DNA of 64,000 nt from contig NC_068982.1 in the NCBI RefSeq assembly GCF_001194135.2, positions 121,110,146 to 121,174,145 on the forward strand, written 5' to 3'. Below, in pieces: positions 12,901 to 27,500 of this stretch. Position 1 is the first letter of the stretch; each line of letters opens with the position of its first letter. The DNA is from Octopus bimaculoides. Taxonomy: Eukaryota. The notes under the pieces were generated by a model that was not told where the DNA came from, did not search any database, and saw only the letters and a list, made by a program, of their open reading frames with translations. The position numbers and the translations under genes were made by a program.

Positions 12901-15261
12901 ATTCATTGTACCTACATATAGCTAAACTGCTATAACTGCTTTCTTACATTAAAGATCTCAGTCCCATTCCTAACTGCTAACATACAAATCTGATAAATTT
13001 CTTTGTAATTAAGTTCCATGTTATTATTCAATGTTCAATTATTCTTGTAATCTGTCCTCAGTTTTTCTCTTATATAAATTTCTTTAGTTTTTGATGAATA
13101 ACTTCAAATCCCAGGCTAACCTGTTTTGATTGTGAAAATGAAACATTCTTTAAAACTGGTGTGATTCTTCTCATTAGGTTTCTCAGTGGTTTACAAATAT
13201 TTGTTTCAGTTTGAGCGAAAGAGTAGGAGAGGGAAGTGGTTAAATGTTTTGTCTCTTTTCTCTGTCTGCCTTGTGTAATTTACAGAAAACACAAAAGACT
13301 TGAAAGAAAATTCATATCATTAACATGTCTATCTTGTTATAGTCTTCGTTTATTTATACACTAATTTTTAATTGTGATTTTGTTTGTTTTAGTTTTCCGT
13401 TTCATAATCAGAGAAGAGGAAACAAAACCAAATTTGGAAGTTTTAGTTAGTAATTCTGTTGATGTTTAGGATCAGCTCCATTGATGGCATGAATCCTACC
13501 CAATATTTATGAGCTATAAATCTTGGGAAGATTATCTGATAAGTCTATTGAGGGATTGCTTAGTAATTGTACCATTCACTGAGACATCTTTAACTAGAAT
13601 CAGCATAAGTTTCCATGTTTTTGTCCTTGATGATGCTCTCTTTTAGGTGATCTTTGATACAGAATTGTTAGACCTCTGCCAGTGGTGACAAAATCTTCAC
13701 CCAGCAAGTAGGATTGGCAAGAAATAACCTATAACATGATGTTATAGCCATTAAATTCTACTCTATCTGGAACACATATGTAATATGAATATAGTTTATA
13801 TAAACTCTTGTAAATATCATCATATTCCTCTGAGCCTTAAGGTTTAAACCTAGTTTCATTAGTTCATTTAAACTGATTCTTTCTCTTTCTTGTTATGAGT
13901 TGTTAGTATTTTATTTCAGCTTGAAGTCAACTGGACTGCTGGGTGTCATTGATCTTGGCATTGTCTGTTTATCTGTCTTAACTTTACTAAGGTTTACATT
14001 GAATTATTATTAATATGGCAGTTTCAGTTCTTTGTTGCCTCCTTACAATACTGTATGTGTGAGCGTGCACGTGCAATATATGTATGTAGATAAGTACATA
14101 ACATTACATATGTAGGTTTGAGTATGCACATGCACTATGTATTGTGAATCCTACACAGCCAATATCGACACCCTGCCCTCTTGCTTTCCTCACCTATTGT
14201 ATCACAATGTTTCTTCTCTCTTCACAGTATCCACGACCTGGCAGTGATGTTGAAATTCTGGAAGAGATGATATTTGGTTCTGTAGCAATGGCCTACAAGG
14301 GAGCCTCACTCAAAGTCCACATCCTTAGGTACATCTTCAAATCTTTAATTAATATATTCACTAATTGCTATAATTAGGATATTGTCCTTGATATCACCAA
14401 CTTCACTTATAACAATACTTTACTCTAAATGTAACATTTAAACTATTCAGTCTCAATAGTAAATCAGTGATCTTTATTATAATCACTATGAGTCCGCTAC
14501 CACCACATGCCATACCATCAACACCTGCTTCTATTGTAACTCCCATTATCACATATCCATACCACCGTCATCTATTCTAGCTTCAATTTCAATTTATCCT
14601 TCCATTAACCCTTCTTTATCTTCTCTCTTGTCTAATTTTGGACATCTTTATGAGAGTCACTTTTTAACTATTTCTTCTTCTTAAATTGATCTTCACACTT
14701 AAATTGTTCCATTACCATTTCCTAATTAAAGGCAGTAATTGTTGTACCACTGTTTATTGAAGTATTTTTCGATTTAGTGTGATATGTCCTTACTTCAACA
14801 TTAATTATGGGATTTATCTTTACAGATCTCCACATCAACTCATGTTAACCAAAGTTTTCTTACCTGAGCAAGAAAAGAAAGAAACTGGCAGGTATGTGTC
14901 AATAGCTAAACCATAGTGTGGAATTTTGTTGTTACAATGTCATCTTAGAAGAACAGCGGATAACAAATTTGGTAGAATGCTTGCTAAAACACTTTGTAGT
15001 GTGTTGTTATATGTTCCCCCATATTCCTGAACCCTTTCTGAGAAGTCTACTTTGTCCTTCAGCTTTTCAGGTCTACTAAATATTCAGGTATTGCCTGCCA
15101 TACCTCACCACCTTGTTTCATCGCACCATCATCATTTTAATATCCACTTTTCTATTCTGACTTGGTTTGATGGTTTTTATTGAGGCAGGTTTTCTATGGC
15201 TGGTGCTCTTCCTGCTGCCAATGCTTACCCGTTTCCATGCAACATGATAGTTATCTATCTA

Positions 15262-15320
<59 letters not shown>

Positions 15321-18300
15321 ATACACACACACTCACACACTGGTTCATTTCTACTCCTTTATTATTAGCCAGTTGGTTGAATGTCCAACAACTAACTAAC
15401 CAATTGACTAATAATAAAGGGAGCGGAATTGAACCAGTGCATGTGTTAATATTGACCTGTCGAATCTCCCTAGAAACAACAAAATTTATTCCAACACACG
15501 AATTCACATAAAGAATTTTGCAGACCAGATACAAAAAAACACACACACACACACACACACGCGCGTCAGCCTGTTAGCCATGCTGGCATGGGTTAGATGG
15601 TTTGACTGGGCTGGCACGCTGGAAGGCTGCACTGGGTTTCCTTCAGTTTCCATCTACCAAATCTCTACACACAATGTAGATTGAGCTTGCATAGAAAACA
15701 CTTGCCCAATGTGCCATGATGCATTGCAATTGAACCTTGTGTGGCTTGGAAGCAAACTTCTTAACTACACACCTATCCCTGCACTCTTCCTTCAAAAGTA
15801 TGGTTCTGTATCTCTGTTACATATATTTTTAAGCTAAAATGTTTGATCAACATTATCAGTTTTATGCCTGCTTTTTGTCATGCTGGCTTGTGTTAGATAT
15901 GACTTATTGAGGCAGTATTCTGTGATGCTTGCTGTTCCTATTACCAACTCTTGTCTTTTAAGTGAGGTATCATGTTCTACTGGTCTTCACATGAAACTGA
16001 TAGGCCATGAGATGTATTGTTTATGGAAGCAGTAAACATTTATACTGTTGTTCAAGTAGTGTCTGTGTGATGAAGCATCGTCATCACTATTTAGCATCCA
16101 CCTTCCCTGTTGGCATGTGTTGGAGGATTCGAAGAGCTAGAGGACTTCATCAAGCTTCAATATCTGCTTTGGTATGGCTTCTATGACTGGATGCTCTTCC
16201 TAACATTGTGCATACTGTGTGGTACACTTTGCAATCATGTGGTTTTGGCTTCAATTCTACTGCATGGCATCTTGTTTTCTGCTATATCTCTGTGTGAGTG
16301 AATTTGGTTGGCAGAAACTGAAAAGAATCCCATTGTGTTTGTGTGTTTCTGTTTCTGTCTCTATCTCCTTGTCTTGGCATTGTGTGCCAGCTGTAAACAA
16401 ATAACATTGTCATGCAACCAAGAAATGTGTGGAACCTATGGTAAACTAGTCAGTTTGAGGCAAGCACAATTATTTACTTTGTCTAGCAGCATATGAATAA
16501 TTGATTTCTTCTTTGTAGTTATTAAATTTCTTCATGTATTTCACATCAATATCTTTTGTGGCTCTTATTCAGGTCACAAGAACAACAATGTCAAATGAAA
16601 TCTTATTCATTCACTGGCCACAACAACTACAGTATGATTTGTAAAATCAGCATCGTTTCTTAGTTTTCAGTTACAAAGCAATATTCATGCTATTTGCTCT
16701 AAACATTGTATTTCAGAATCTGCAGGGCTATATTGAGGCTAAAAGTTCATGACACAGAACTGCCTATGAGAAATTATTCACATATACTGTTTCAGAAAAT
16801 ATATCTTCTGGTTTGTCTATTACAGCAGGTTTAATGTCACATCTAAAAACATTATAAGCCACTCTTTCTTTCTCTAATAAAGCACTAAGTATTTTTAAAC
16901 AGTGTGTATGGATCACTGTCATCTCTACCAAGTTCAGTAGCCCACATTATATGTGGCAAGAATTTACTGTTGAAAATGTCTCAACATTAATGACTATTGC
17001 AGCCTACTTGTTTAACACTCACAACTCTTTTGTTTTATTGTTTCAGTGAAGTTGATAGTGACTCCTACATCAGTCTTCCACCTGCAGATTTAAGTTCTTT
17101 GAAGTGCAGTAGTTCCAAAGGAAATATAGGTAAGTAACTCTTTTGAAGCTGCTGATGTGATAATGGTATGCCTGTTTTATTTCACATTTACTTGACCTTA
17201 TTACTTTGAGCTTTGAAGCTACTAATAATTTACAGTAGTATAATAACTGTATTCTATAGTTTGTAAAGTTAGATGGGGGTTAAAGTAGGAAATATACATG
17301 AAGAGTAAAGTGTTATGGATTATGGGAGGGTAAATAAAAGGTGAAACATAAAATATTTTAAAATTCCCAAAATTTTCTGTAAGGGATGATGTAAAGGGAG
17401 GCAACAAGGTAAATTTGATTGCGGCGGGGAGCGGGATAAATAAAAATTTTAATTTTGTGTAGTGTAGAAGAGACAGTAATTAATGCTTAAAAGTTAGTAA
17501 AATGAGGTCACTGAAATAAATTCATGAAGCACTTGGATTTTCCTAATGGATTAAGGTCTAAATGTTTGAATCCAGTAGAAATGGAGATAAAAATAGATGA
17601 AAAACAAGCAAATCTTTATTAGATTTACAAATGTTGTTGGGCTTGATATTCCAGTTACATTGAAATTAAGCTTAACTATGTTGTGAAAATAAATACATTG
17701 CTAACAAAGTATTTTTCAATGAATGTAGCAGCAACTAATTTAATTCTAAAGATAAGTAATTATTAAAAAGTAGAGTGAACAAGATTTCAACCAAAATAAA
17801 TATTTCACCCTACATTCATATTAAGTTCATTGTGTTAGTTGATGCCATTTATTTCAAGAAAATTATCATCATCATCATCATCTGTCTGCTTTCCATGCTG
17901 GCATGGGATAGATAGATTGTCATGATCCATGTAATCTCTTATTAGGGAGTCAGATCCCTCATAGAGAAGTAAGAGAGACATACATTTCTTTTTTGATTTG
18001 GTTTCTATGGTTGGATGTCATTACTATTGCTTACCAATTTACAGAGTGTACTGAGTGGATTTTTATCATGGCACAAGCCCAAGAAATGTTGCCTAGTACT
18101 CCGTAAGAAAAAAAGAGCATGTATGTTCAAGTTAACATGACTAAGGAGTTTTTTTGGAAAGAAAGCAATAACAGCAGAAGAGCCAGGATGGGTAGGTGAA
18201 TATAGTGGTAGAAACAAAGTTACAGGAGTGAAAAAGAGAGATATAACTGACACTACAGAAAGGGTGAAGGTTGAGTGTGATGCAGTCTCTTATATATAGA

Positions 18301-19008
18301 ACTTGTGATAATAAGAAAGAGAGATTGAGTGATGATGATAGTGATAGGGCATTTATGTGGGTGGGTCTCATGCCATCCCTTGTCATATGAATGGTCTGAG
18401 GATGAGGGTGCCAAAAATTATGGGGAGACAGTTCAAGCTGATTTAACTTTATGTGAGCATGCATATACACACCTCAGTTTCCATTTTTGCTAGCGCTTGA
18501 TTGACCATGCTTGCACTAATTGTCAATTTCTCCTGTGGCTGGTTCTTCTCCACCACATTTTGCCAATTAACACAGTGCATAGTCACCTTTCTCATAAGAT
18601 GCAATGTTTTGAGATCAATCCTCCAACACTTTGCTCCAAGTCTTTCTCAGTTTCTCTCTCCTCTACAGGTTTCACTTACTTTGAACAAACTGCACTTCCT
18701 TATGCAACTCGCATCCCTCATATGCATCACATTCATATATTAGCTAAGTTTTCTCTCTTACAAGCTACATCTGATTCCATTTATACCCAGAGATTCTCTT
18801 TGCCAGTACCGCCTGACTGGCCTTTGTGCCGGTGGCACGTAAAAGCACCCACTACACTCTCGGAGTGGTTGGCGTTAGGAAGGGCATCCAGCTGTAGGAA
18901 CTCTGCCAAATCAGATTGGAGCCTGGTGTAGCCATCTGGTTCACCAGTCCTCAGTCAAATCGTCCAACCCATGCTAGCATAGAAAGCGGATGTTAAACGA
19001 TGATGATG

Positions 19009-19048
<40 letters not shown>

Positions 19049-19133
19049 CGTTCAAGCTATGATAATTTCACACACACACACACACANNNNNNNNNNNNNN
19101 NNNNNNNNNNNNNNNNNNNNNNNNNNNNNNNNN

Positions 19134-19179
<46 letters not shown>

Positions 19180-20849
19180 TCATTTATACATTTAAAACTT
19201 TACTTCCTTATTCAAAATTTCTCTTCGTCTATTTTCCAAATTTTCCAAAATATTCCTTTTGCACGTGATTTTTTCCTGTTTTTTTATTAGTTGCAAATTA
19301 ATGAACAAACTCTGTTGAATATACTTGATACTCTCTCTTTATCTCTGTTTCTATCTTGTTTGCATAAACTGATGTCAAATTATAAAATTTCCATTATTTC
19401 TTTCCAGCCCATAGCCTGCCAATGGATATGCCTCTAAGGAACTATGATGCCGAAGAAGACAGTGGAAGGGCTTCAAGTAAGTTGAACTTTGTTTCTGATT
19501 TAATATTACATTGAAAGTATTTTAAACAATTTTATTTCAAATAAGGAAGTGTTTCTACATTGAAGCATTGAGTTGTCAGATAAATTTCTTCATTTTTTTT
19601 TTCTATTTAGTATTCTGTTGCCTTTATATCTTAAAAGAGGTATGATTTATTCAAATTTTAAAAACAATATTTTTCATGTTAATTCAAATAAGATTGGAAT
19701 GGATTAAAATAAATGAGGGAGGTAGAAATGAATTTATCTGGTAATCAGTATAAAGTGCCATATAGGTTGTAGATGTCAAGAAGGAAAGAATACCACAACC
19801 TTGAATTGAACTGCTTTCGTCAGTGTCGCTACAACACCACTTTAGCAGATAACAGACACCAAGGTGGTGGGTAAACAAAGAGACCAATTATTATGGAATA
19901 CTCACCACAGTTTCTCTGGTATCAGTCAATTAGTTTCAAATGTTTACTCACTGAACTCTTCCCCATATTTCGTTTTGGGATTTGGTTTGCAAGATTCTTT
20001 ATGTGAGTTCGTGTGTTGAAGCATATTCTGTTGTGTCTGGGGAGAGTCATTTTGTTTTTGTGCCTTATAATTTAACACACTCACCGGTAAAATTTCCCTC
20101 ATTCCTTTTTTATATTTTCCTAAAATTTTTGTTGCGTCTTGCAACCTTTTCAATAGACTTGACTTTGTTATTTACACTGCGTTCCTTTTTGTTTGTTTGT
20201 GCGCATGTGTGTGTGTGTGTGTGTGTGTGTGCCTATGCATGCATGTGTGTATGTATGTATATATGTGTGTGTATGCATATGTATGTATGTGTGTGCGTCT
20301 GTATGTATGTATTCTGCATATTCATGTGCTTGCATGTCCGTGTTTGTGTATTTTTTATGTATGTATGTGTGTGTGTGAGCGTGTGTTTGTATATGTATGC
20401 ACCTCTGTCTCCTTGTGTGTGTATATATGTGTTTTGCAACTATGTACTATGTTTGTATGTATGGATGTGCATCTCCATATGTGTCCTTGTGTGAAGTAAA
20501 GTGTGTGTGTATATATGGTCATGTGTTTCAGTTTCCATATAACCTATGTACCTATCCGTCTGTATGTTGATCTGTTTATTTTCATATCCATATGCTTGCT
20601 TACATGTGCATATACACATACATACATCTATCTACATAACAGCCCATTGTTTAATATTATGATTATTATTATTTTTTTGTTTTACTTGTTTCGGTCATTT
20701 GACTGCAGCCATGAAGAGTTTTAGTTTAACAAATCAACCCTGGGACTTTTTATTAGGCCTAGTACTTATTCTATTGGTGTCTTTTGCCAAAGTGATAAGT
20801 TATTGGGACTTAAACATACCAATATCAGTTGTCAAGTGGTGATAGGGGA

Positions 20850-20886
<37 letters not shown>

Positions 20887-21483
20887 TGGGCTTCTTTCAG
20901 TTTCCGTCTACCAAATCCACTCAAGGTTATAGTAGAAGACACATGCTCAAGATGCTATGCAATGAGACTGAACCTGGAACCATGTGGTTGAGAAGCAAGC
21001 TTCTTAGCACACAGCCATGCCTACTCCTGTATTAATTTTCTCTAAAACTTATAGACCCCCTCTACATACATTCACATACATACATCTATTCTCTAATCCC
21101 CCCCACTGTTATGAATTGGAAGAGTTTATCAAATTCCTTCATAAATGAAACAAAATCTGTTTAAGTCACTAAGCCATCATCCAACGCACTAAGTACTTCT
21201 CTACTAAGTGTCCTATAAGTTTAAGGTTTCAATTTCAGTGAACTCACCTTTTGATCATGTCTTCTTTATTTGTCAGTTACTTCTAGTGACAGTTTCACCA
21301 CCTCATTTCCATCACCTGGAAGCAGCACTGCCAGCAGCTACAACAGTCTTCATCGACGATGGATGCGTGCTCAGAAAACATCCTTGGAGTCACGAGGAAG
21401 GAAAGGGTCTCAAGAAATAGTTGGATCAGATGTAAGTAACAGCCTTGCTTTAATTTTGTCCTCTGTTCTTATCTAACTTATTA

Positions 21484-21531
<48 letters not shown>

Positions 21532-24500
21532 TTTTATCTAATGCCTTGTTTGTTGCTGTATGATAATACTGTATCAATAGTAGAACAGTTATTTTATCTG
21601 TGACACTGCTCTTGCTATCAATTATTTCTGATAGTTTTCTGATGTTATATCATTTCTATTCCAGACATCATCTTTACCAAGATCTAGAAGAAATAAACTT
21701 GGGATTGCTGTATTGTTTAATTTATGGAATGATGAAGAAAAAAATAGGTAGTTGTTTTGGGTTTTTTTCTTTTAAGCCGTATTTGTTTTTAAATGATAAA
21801 AAAGTATATTGATCAAAGAAAAATTCTTAATTATTTCCATAATTCACCTTCAAAAGAAAATTATTTACTTCCTTTTCTTTTCTAGCATGTTCTTGACTTT
21901 CTTCTTTGCCCACATTCCTTTATTTGAGGGCCACTTAGAGAAACTCAGTCAAACTGTCAACCATGCCTTCAATAACAAGAAATATTTTTTGTCCATTGTA
22001 ATGGAGGTAAGACTAATTCTCATCTACATTTTTACACCTTATATCTAGTGCTACAGTGAATAATTCTTGTTTTCAGCTAGAAATGATAAAAATTTCAGCA
22101 TGTTACTAGCTGGTGTTGTTTTGAAGTCTAAGATTTGTTTTTTGCCATATTCCTCTGTCGTTGACTCTAAAGCAGTGCTATTCACTCAACTCTTGTCTGA
22201 TTCAGAAATTTCTATCTTTGTTGTCATTGCTAAGTCTTTGAGACTAAGTGGTAGGCTTTATTCATAAGACTTCAACTCTGCGAATGTGATCATGTGATTT
22301 GGATGCAAAATGATCGCATTTCTAAAGCAATCTTTTATGGTCAGCTAGTAGCAATCATTCTCTCTGACACAATATATATACTCCTTGAAACAAGATCTGA
22401 TGTGCCATGTGAATGCAACTGATTTCGTTAACCCTTTTGAGACACATGATGTTTTGGTATGTGTAGCCAAAAAGACCGAAATTTTTATTTCTATTGAGAT
22501 ACATCTACTGAAAGGCGATCTCTGATTAGCTATTACACTTCAAAACCAACATTTGTTGGATTGGCTTCAAAGTCCTTTCAGCTTGTATCACTTGGACTGA
22601 TGAATTAACCTGGGTGTCTCAAGAAGGTTAATGGATACAGTGACTAATTGTGGTGTTTAGAGTATTCTCTCCATAAGGGGCACTGAACTCTTTGAGCAAA
22701 CTCATATTGAAGCCCTTGTGGAGAAAAGAAAAAAATATGCAAAAACATCCCAGCTAATTATATTCCTTTATAGTATTTTTGTTTTTTTAGCCATCCTATT
22801 GTCTCTTCCTAGTTGTATTATAGCTTCTAAAGTTTTGACATAGGATTTGATGTGTAATAACAGAAAATATTAGGTTTGGACATAGAATCACCGCTGCACC
22901 AAATTAATACAGCTAACTTTCAATCGCAACTTTTTGTTTATATTTCTATAGGGTTTGGAAATTTTACGAAGTGATCTGCATGACTTGTACACAGCCCCAC
23001 GACTCTCTGAACCAGTGTGGCTCAGTATGATGGCCCACAGCAATTATAAATATGTCCACTGCAATAAGTTTATGCAACAGTTCACTGCACTTGTAGACAA
23101 ATTTGAAAACAAAAATACACACTTGTAAGTTTTGCCTTTCATTTGTTATTGCACCTTACATTTTCCTTTTAGTTTTTCCTCTGTCCCTTCACCTGGATCT
23201 AAGAAGTACAGTTCTGTGAGATTATGGATAACAACTACAGATTTAAACACACATTGCTGCAGTTACTTCATTATGTTGCTCTGAAAAGATTTGCTCTCAA
23301 AGCTGCAATGAACTGAGATGAAATTAAAGAACAATTACCTGTTGTTACCAGCAAAGGAACCTTTACATGGCCACTTAAATTACTAGAAACAGCAACAGAT
23401 CTTTTCAGATCATACCCTATTGTCTTAAACAAAATGATCTGTTGACTTATGTAGATTTTATACTCTGAATAAAAAATTGTGTGGTCAGAGCTGGGTTGCT
23501 TCTGATCGTACATCTGCTTCAGTAGAGCTGCTAAACTACAACAGCATCAAACGGATCAATCATAGCAGTTTATTTGTATTTTCTCAAAAATCTGTTCTAT
23601 ATTAGTATTGGAAAGTTGAGAGTAAAAACATGTATAATCTTCAGAAAAAAATATTTTGTAAGAAAGAAATTTCTCCATTGTTCTACTTTCAGCAAATAGA
23701 TCAGATAACAAGAGAGCTATTGAGTAGATACTAATGTTTCAGTGTGTTACTGTTAGATGTGCCATTCCTAGCAAACCAAGATTCACTTTTGATTTTCCAA
23801 TTAGAACTGTTGTTCTTGATTGCTTGGAAAAGAATGAACCCTATTATACTGGTTCTTTTTCATACACTGTACACAGTCAAACTCCTCCATAGTGTCCTAA
23901 TGATCCAATGAATTATGTTTATGTGATGTGTGTTTGTGCATGTACCAAGTGAAATTGTTTGACTATTTCAGCTTTATAAGTACAGTAATCAGTGCTGTAC
24001 TCACATACCACCTAGCCTGGGTACCTACAGTCACTCCCACTGGAGGAACAACATCAAAAAAATACATGGACAAGCATTCAGCTAAATGGGTCAGTTTGTC
24101 TTTAATTCTTTCTTGTAATAATATTCATGTCTGTGTGTTTGTGAGTGTTGTACATCTGTTTGTATGCATTTATACTTTATTTCCTCCTCTTCCCTTTTTT
24201 ACCTTCTTTCTCCTCCTCTCTCTTTCTGCCTATGTTGACTGAAGAGATGGAGATAAATATAGAAAGGAAGATCAAAATCTTCATATCCTGTTTCTTTTGG
24301 TGTTATCATCTTATCTTCTTTACTACAGTTGGATGCCCTGGCCAGAACACACCCTTACAATCCCTTGTGGGCCCAGCTAGGGTAAGTAATAGACATCTAT
24401 TTCTCTATGCTCTCATGACAGAAACCTCAATGTGTATTTTAGTTTATATTACTTTCTTACAAGAAAAACTGCTGCAGTTGAGTAAATCAACAGGATGTTG

Positions 24501-27500
24501 AAGATATTTAACCGTTGCTACCGTTACCTTATAGTAAGTAAGTACAGGTCATTGTGGACATAATTGATGTAAAATACACACATCAAGAATTTAAAAACAA
24601 GTAAAAGTTTTTGTTCATTGAAACTTTATTTACATAACTAAGCACTTGGTCATGTATTAAAGAGAAGAAACATAGTAGATTGAATCAGTCCAATATTTTA
24701 CTGATACATAATTATAAGCTCGGGTGCTGTGAATGGTACTATTCTTGTAGGGGAAAGAGAGAGAAGGGACAGGATACTGGTAGCGTATGTGTATTTCTTA
24801 TTTTGAGATGTTTGTTAGGGATATTAAAATGTTTTTTTCCCTCTGTTTTCCAGAGATCTTTATGGAAGTATTGGAAATCCACTAAGACTCTCGCGGACTG
24901 TGGTCACCGGTAAAAAAGCTGATTTAGTTTCCAAAATATTACACGTTCTCAGCTATTTTATCCGCTGTAGTGAGGTGCATGAAAATATTGATTTATGCAA
25001 TGTGACTTCTGCCTTAGAAGGTGTGTCATTTGATGACACATCCAGCGAGTGCGAACGGACTCTCAGTGATATCATATCTATGGACCGTGAATCAATCATG
25101 GATGTTCAGATTAACAATTTAATTAATGAGTTTCGTACTAATGAAATAGAAAAGGATGATACTCTTCCTCCCCACGAAAAAGCGTGCAGCATGACAAGTG
25201 CTACTGTACAGGAGCACTTGCCATGTGAAAATACGCACATTGTTGGACATGCTACATCACTTGACTCTCATCAAACTGATGCTATAGTAACGGGAAGAAG
25301 GAGTAGTAGTAGTAGTAATAGTGATGCCACCTCATTGTGCCAAAATCAAAAAAAGAATCGTTCAAAATTGTCTGAGCAGCTAGCTCAGCATGACTTCCAG
25401 CAGTCCAGCTCCAAGTCCACTTCATCAATTTGTGATGTTCAGAATGGTTTTAAAGAAGATGTCAACAGTACATTTGATGAATACTTCACCAGTTCAGAAC
25501 CGAGGACCAAAGATGAAATTGTGGCCATCTCTGAGGTTGGATTGCCTATAGTTGACATTTTAAGTACTAGTAACTCTATCGCGACATCTGTGATAACGTC
25601 CTCAACATTTCCTGATGATGAGGATTCTCTGCAGGACGGCCAGCCTTCACTTTCTGCAACCAGTTCAAAAACCTCTCTTTCTAATGGTCAACCAGTCAGT
25701 GCTCCAACAAAAGTGTCTTTGGCACGCTCGGTGTAAGTTTTCTATTTTTTTAATTTCCTGTTCTAACTTGTATATATCTGATATACCTAACTTTTTGTAA
25801 ATATGTATGTACATATGTATGCATATAAATACGCACACACACATATACATGTGTGTGTGTATGTGTGCATACACTTAGTCCAACTCATGCCAGCATTAAA
25901 CATGGACGGTAAATGAAGATGAAAATATGTGTATTTATAGTTTGGAGATTATCTTTTTGAGTAGTATTACGTACAAACTAACTTTATAGAAAAGTCAAGA
26001 GAACTCAATAACTTAAGTAGTCATCATCATCATCATCATCATTTAACATCCATTGTCCATGCTAGCATGGGTTGGTCAATGTGACCAGAGCTGGCAAGCC
26101 AGGATGGGGTGGGGTGGGCTGCACCAAACTCCAGTCTGATTTGGCATGGTTTTTACAGCTGGATGCCCTTCCTAATGTTAAAGGTTTGTAGGTATGTGGT
26201 ACCTTGTTATGCAAACACAATATACTATAAGGTATACTAAATGTTTTCATAAGTCAGTATCACATTCTGTTGCATCAGTAGTGCTCTTACATTATTTTAA
26301 GGTTATTTCTACGAGATGTCTCAGTATGAAACATTGTAGCAAAAATCAGTGCTGGCTATAAGTTCTATAGAATATCTGTGGAAATAGCCCTTCCTAGCGC
26401 TAACCACCTTACAGACTGTACTGGGTGCTTTTCGTGGCACCACAGAGATGCTTTTACGTGATGTCACACAAGTCTAAATTTATTCTGTTCAATAGTTGAA
26501 GCCACTTTACATTTCATTACCTAGTATCATGCTGAAAGACAATTCTGAAACAGAAGTGACTGGTTGTGTGAACTTCAGAACAGTTATATAATACAACATT
26601 GGGCTGTATCCTTTAACTGTACCAAAGATATCACTACCAGCTACTTCTATCTGAGAACTGTCAGCGAACATGAAATGCTGAGTAACAAGATGTAAAGTGG
26701 CCTGAACAATACACACACACACGCATACACATATATACATGTATATATGTAGAGAGAGAAGTTAAAAATGTGATGATTTCTGAATGTGTGTGTGTTAGTG
26801 ATACTTTATCTACTACAATTCTGTCATTTCATCCCCATCAATATTATCGTTCATTACATCATTTTAAATGGTCCATTCAACAATATATTTCTTTGTTACT
26901 TCATTTCTCATATTTGAACCAAACTAACTGTTTTGTATGTGCAATTTAATAATAGTTAAGAGTTTTTGATAAATTGATTGAGAAAGCCACAGTAATACAA
27001 AATCAAAAACTTGCATTTTTACCTTATATTTCACACAACAAAAAAATGAAAATTCACACTTTTACTTTATATTGTGTAATATCAAAAGGTTTCCACTTTT
27101 ACTTTATATTTCAAATGATACAGGTTTACATTTTAGCTTATATTTCACAAAAAAAAAAAAAAAAAAAAAAAATATAAAGTTTACATGAAATATCTAAAGT
27201 AAAAAAATGTGTAAACCTTTGATTTTATTTTGCTTTCATGCTATTATTTCTAACTTATTTTGTGGGACACACTCACTGTCATTTATAACTAGTTGACAAT
27301 ACTTCAAATAAGCTACATTATTCTCAAAGATATATATAAAATAACAGTTTGGCTTGGCTCCACATTACTTAAAGTTTCTTGGGCATAGGACTCTTCCACC
27401 TCATCAGGTTTTCAGAGACAAACTCTTGTCAACCATTTTTTACTAGTGGATCCTCTTTGATTCCTATTTTACTCAGATGGAAACCACATAGCCATTTGAT

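Noticed and set aside
13647-13710. Possible FNIP N-terminal exon (VIFDTE after ttttag)
   Set aside because: All three frames reach a stop before a usable donor.
17222-17460. Possible mitochondrial insertion (NUMT)
   Set aside because: The strand skew is suggestive but no mitochondrial gene motif was recognised; more likely a DNA-transposon remnant. BLAST against the mitogenome would settle it.
22583-22640. Hammerhead ribozyme-like CTGATGA plus 8-bp stem II
   Set aside because: The GAAA core is replaced by GGAT and no convincing stem I forms; likely chance.
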